Source: Nemertoderma westbladi
Taxonomy: Eukaryota > Animalia > Xenacoelomorpha
Reading direction: 5' to 3'
Assembly (NCBI GenBank): GCA_032718475.1
Contig: JAUCBJ010006581.1
Coordinates: 1 to 49,817 of the forward strand
DNA length: 49,817 nucleotides
Notes under the pieces: model-generated
The model's database searches: none
What the model was told of the DNA's origin: nothing
The model's input: only the letters and a program-made list of their open reading frames with translations
In this document: positions 45,901 through 49,817 of the stretch, piece after piece
How the letters are laid out: each line of letters opens with the position of its first letter
How positions within the stretch are numbered: the stretch's first letter is position 1
Made by a program: the position numbers and the translations under genes

Positions 45901-46407
45901 CTCAATTCTAGAACATAATCGACCTGCAACTAGTGAAGACCTCGTTTTGGAATTTCGAAACCACGCTGGTGCGATGCGCGATATCGTGTTTAGTTAATAA
46001 ATTGAAAACTCCATCAATTCATGTGCAACCAGTAATAAGAAATCGCGATAAATGTAATTAAATAAAAATTATTCTAGAAAAATTTTCCTTCAAAAGTATG
46101 AAGTCTTGGCATTGGTGACGCGAAACTAGGCTAGTGAGATTCAGGATATTGCGTTTAATATAAGAATCGAAAACGCTTTCGAATTCCGTAAAGGCGTTAA
46201 TAAAATACTGCAACTTTTTTGAAATTTGTAAAATTCTAGAACTAGAAAAAATTAAATTTTGAACGGCGCTGTTTGGGGTTTCGAAACATGGATAGACTGA
46301 AAGAGGACATCGAAATAAGTTGAAAAATAAAAACCCCATCGAATTTGGACAAAGCGTTCCGGAGTTATAGCGGATCGAAAAAAATTGACTCCCCCCAGTC
46401 GCCAAAA
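39986..46407 (-). mobile_element. Head-to-tail array of 5 non-autonomous Helentron/Helitron-like elements (last one truncated)
   Basis: Junctions read AA-CTAG-hairpin-subTIR at 41310, 42805, 44280 and 45757. Hairpins are ACGGCGTCnnGACGCCGT or CGGGCCtagcGGCCCG, with short subterminal inverted repeats and a (CAGC/CAGT)n tract near one end. Units 3-5 are near-identical with a period of 1475-1477 bp. Confidence 0.72.
41568..42295. repeat. About 3 tandem copies of a 250-bp unit inside array unit 2
   Basis: ACATTTTGAATGCCACAGT near 41591, 41844 and 42094. Confidence 0.85.
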
Positions 46408-46822
46408 CTCGGTCTGACTCGATTCAGCTCGATTCGGCTCGATTGGGTTCAACTCGGTCCGGCTTGTCTTGGCTCACTCATTTGGGCTCGATTAAGCTCA
46501 ATCTGCTCGACTCGGCTCGATTGGGCTCGAATCGGCTCGATTGGGATTGATTGGGCTTGACTCGGCTCGATTTGGTTCAACTTGACTCAGTCCTGCTTGA
46601 TTGGGCTCGACTTGGCTCGGTCCGGCTCATTTGGGATCGACTAGGCTTAATTGGGATCGACTCGGCTCTATTGGGCTCGACTCGACTCGATTGGGCTTGA
46701 CTCGGCTCAGCCTGGCTCGACTCGGCTTGATTGGGCTCAACTCGGCGCTCGATTTGGTTCGACTCGGCTTGATCGCTTCGATTGGTTCTATTCAGCTCGA
46801 TCGGTATGATTCGGCTCGATTG
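46407..46822. repeat. Pentamer-based satellite (CTCGG/CTCGA/TTGGG)n
   Basis: Directly visible; a second block lies at 47370-47680. Confidence 0.9.
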
Positions 46823-46825
46823 ACA

Positions 46826-47160
46826 CACGCTGCTGGAAGGGTCAAAGCCAAACTCCCGTGCTGCTCGAAGGGACAAAGTCAAACAGTGTGTCTATTATTT
46901 GATGTAACTCACGTGTGGCTCGAAGGGCGCAACATCATATATCAAGGGTCAAAGCAAAACTCACGTGCTGCTCGAAGGGACAAAGTCAAACAGTGTGTCT
47001 ATTATTTGATGTAACTCACGTGCTGCTCGAAGGGCGCAAATACATATATCGAAGGGTCAAAGCCAAACACACGTGCTGCTCGAAGGGACAAAGTCAAACA
47101 TTGTGTCTAATATTTGATTAACTCACGTGCTGCTCGAAGGGCGCAACTACATATATCGAA
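46826..47160. repeat. 3 copies of a 107-bp unit containing CACGTGCTGCTCGAAGGG subrepeats
   Basis: CTGCTCGAAGGGACAAAGTCAAACA at 46861, 46968 and 47076. Confidence 0.9.
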
Positions 47161-47369
47161 ACAAGCCCCTGTCTTGAATTTTAATTATATGAAAATCCTT
47201 GCCTTCCGTACAAAATATCTAAAAATTCATTTACCTGAAGTATGGGTAACATTATAACTTCGCTTTTCGCACAGTAGTTAACTAAAGCAAATACCCTTCA
47301 GGTTGACTGAATAATTGTATTAATGTTTGCCATGCATAATGTACTATATTTGGGTCCCAAGGCCCAAAG

Positions 47370-47680
47370 ATTGGGCTCGACTCGGCTCAGTCTGGCTCAA
47401 TTGGGCTCGACTAGGCTTGATAGGGCTCGACTCGACTCAATGGGCTTGGCTCGGCTCAGTCTGGCTCGACTCTGCTCGATTGGGCTCAGTTCGGCTTGAT
47501 TGGGCTAGACTCGACTCAGTCCGTTCAATTGGGCTCGACTAGGCTTGATTGAGCTCCACTCGACTCATTGGGATTGACTCGGCTCAGTCTGGTTCGACTC
47601 GGCTTGATTTGGCCCAGTCCGGCTTGATTGGGCTCCACTCGGCTTGATCGGTTCTATTCGGCTCGATCAGTATGATTCAG
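47370..47680. repeat. Pentamer-based satellite, second block
   Basis: Same monomers as 46407-46822 and the same terminal sequence (GGTTCTATTC.GCTCGATC.GTATGATTC). Confidence 0.9.
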
Positions 47681-47689
47681 TACGTCGTT

Positions 47690-48420
47690 TCCAGGATCTA
47701 AGTTGGTGCTTAGGATATAAGTTCGCATCTATGATTTAAGTTCGTGTCTGGGATCTAAGTTCTCATCTACAGTAGTATCAGAGATCGTGTTGCTTCCAAG
47801 ATCTAAGTTCATATCTAGTATCTAAGTTTGCTTCCAGGATCTAAGTACATATCTAGGATCTAAGTTCGCTTCCAGGATCTATGTTCAGTTCACGTTGCTT
47901 TCGGATCTAAGTTCGTATCTAGGATCTAGGTTCGCTTCCAGGATCTAAGTTCACATCTAGGTTTTAAATTCGCTTCCAGGATCTAGGTTCTAAATTCGCT
48001 TCCAGGATCTAAGTTCACATCTAGGATCTATGTTCACGTTGCTTTCGGATCGAAGTTCGTATCTAGGATCTAAGTTCGCTTCCAAGATCTAAATTCATAT
48101 CTAGGATCTAAGTTCGCTTCCAGGATCTAAGTTCACATCTAGGATCTATGTTTACGTTGCTTTTGGATCTATGTTTATATCTAGGATGTTAGTTCGCTTC
48201 CAAGATCGAAGTTCATGATCTATGTTTGCTTTCAGGATCTAATTTCAGATCTAGTTCTAAGTTCGCTTCCAGGATCTATGTTCACGTTGCTTTCGGATCT
48301 AAGTTCGTAACTAGGATGTTCGCTTCCAGGATCTAAGTTTGGATCTAGGATCTAATTTCACACAGTTCCAGGGTCTAAGTTCGTGTCTTGGATCTAAGTT
48401 CGCTTCCAGGATCTAAATTA
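47690..48420. repeat. 19-20 bp satellite (AGGATCTAAGTTCGCTTCC / AGGATCTAAGTTCACATCT)
   Basis: Alternating variants are directly visible. Confidence 0.92.
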
Positions 48421-48532
48421 ATGTGTAGTTCGGGATAACTCTGTATTGCATAGGTCGGTATAGCACAGTATTTCATTGTTATAGCTTACTATAGGTCGGT
48501 GTTGTTAGTATTGGTGAAAATAATTTAGACTT

Positions 48533-48608
48533 AAAAATATCGCGAGTAAAAATATCGAGAGTAAAAATATCGCAAGATGAAAAATATCGAAAATATCGCG
48601 AGTAAAAT
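48533..48608. repeat. 15-bp tandem repeat (AAAAATATCGCGAGT), about 5 degenerate copies
   Basis: Directly visible. Confidence 0.8.
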
Positions 48609-49817
48609 AAATTTTTATGGTAGCTATAGTGTTTTTACAAAAACTACAGTATACAATTTCTTATTTTTTAAATAAGGGGGATTGATAATTCCAATGTATT
48701 ATTATAGTAGACAGATATATATTCATAAGACAGGGGGGGGGGGGGGGGGGGGATTTTCATGAACACCAGCTGCTATTTTATCATGGCGTCTATGGGACTT
48801 TTAGTTTATGTATATACTGTATTTATCGATACCAGGGGCTTAAGGTGAGCTGAGACTGACAGTACAGAAACAAGGTTTAAATAGTGTATCTCTTATCTAA
48901 GCTTAATAACTTCGTGGTTCGCCCCACTCCACTACTGCCCTTGCTTGGACCCACAGAATTAATATGCAAATCATCTCCAATTGCATTAATTGCAATATAA
49001 TTCAATTAACCGGAATTTATCGCCAGATTATTAAAATAGAGGTTCAGTAATCCAGTAAAATAATATCATAATATACAAATATACGCGAATAATTATTATT
49101 ACAGACACAAATCAATATTATTATATTATCATATAAAAATATAATATAGAAAATAAATACACACAATTAATTAATTATGCACAATATACAGGGATAAATA
49201 GCCGTACTCATGTTTTGAAAGCTGAGTGGCTTTGTTCACTGTGAGAGACCGAAGGTGGCCCAATCGACCAATAGGAGCCAATTCAATAGGCCTCACCTCC
49301 CCACCACCTATCGAACTGGGTCCGCATCGAGCGATGATGCGAAAGTATCCTAAAGGGTCAATTTAGGCCAGAGCTTTAGGGTTAACATCAACAACCCATG
49401 TGAACCCAGCATGGGTTCACGGGTCAACACTCTCTTCGATCACAATCGGGGCAAAGCATTAACAACTCGAACCAAAGGCGTGGTTCGAAATTAAGCTTAG
49501 GCCAACCAATAACAATACAAGTCATGCAACGGAAAATTTTGACCACTATATTATGTGGTGTTAAATCTCTTAAAAAAATATTTATAAAAAGGGTTCCGCT
49601 GCAAAACCTGCATGCTACAGATTAGAGTAACCAACCTCTCCGCCACAGTGAAATCAGGGCACACAGTACTACACAAGGGTCGCCAATGGCCGGTGAGGTA
49701 AAGGCTTTTCCCAACAGAGCTGTTATAATTTCATTACCCTTGGATATTCCCGTGTACGCCAAACACACATTGAAACGATAATAAATTATAATAATCAGAA
49801 TCGTTTCAAACTCACTT

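Noticed and set aside
42508-46405. Repeated 90-193 aa ORFs in the 1.48-kb units
   Set aside because: They recur only because the DNA is duplicated. They are low-complexity F/K/I-rich, have no domain motifs, and their frames differ between copies.
46345-47542. ORFs with LGSIGLD/AESSR repeats
   Set aside because: They are translations of the pentamer satellite.

Overview
AT-rich animal (probably invertebrate) genomic DNA made almost entirely of mobile elements; I recognise no host gene. Positions 1 to about 11.2 kb are part of an endogenous Polinton/Maverick-like (adintovirus-like) DNA virus. On + it carries the minor capsid protein, a basic core protein, the major capsid protein, an adenain-type protease and a DEDD/Maelstrom-like protein. 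On - it carries a protein-primed PolB with one frameshift, a TATA-binding-protein (TBP) homologue and a possible PC4-like protein, and PolB has a canonical TATA+Inr promoter. The rest of the window is a nest of an RTE-type RT fragment, a 5' CR1/L2-type LINE, a BEL/Pao gag-pol with a long 3' region, R2-like and second BEL fragments, a 30-bp minisatellite, a complete Chapaev (CMC) transposon with CACAGTG termini, a deleted piggyBac, a tRNA-derived SINE, a head-to-tail array of Helentron-like elements and several satellites. The most unusual signals are the viral TBP/PC4/promoter module, two abutting perfect palindromes that read as a hairpin-opening excision footprint, and a three-copy covarying RNA motif downstream of the BEL ORF. 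All family assignments come from motif recognition by eye; no searches were run.
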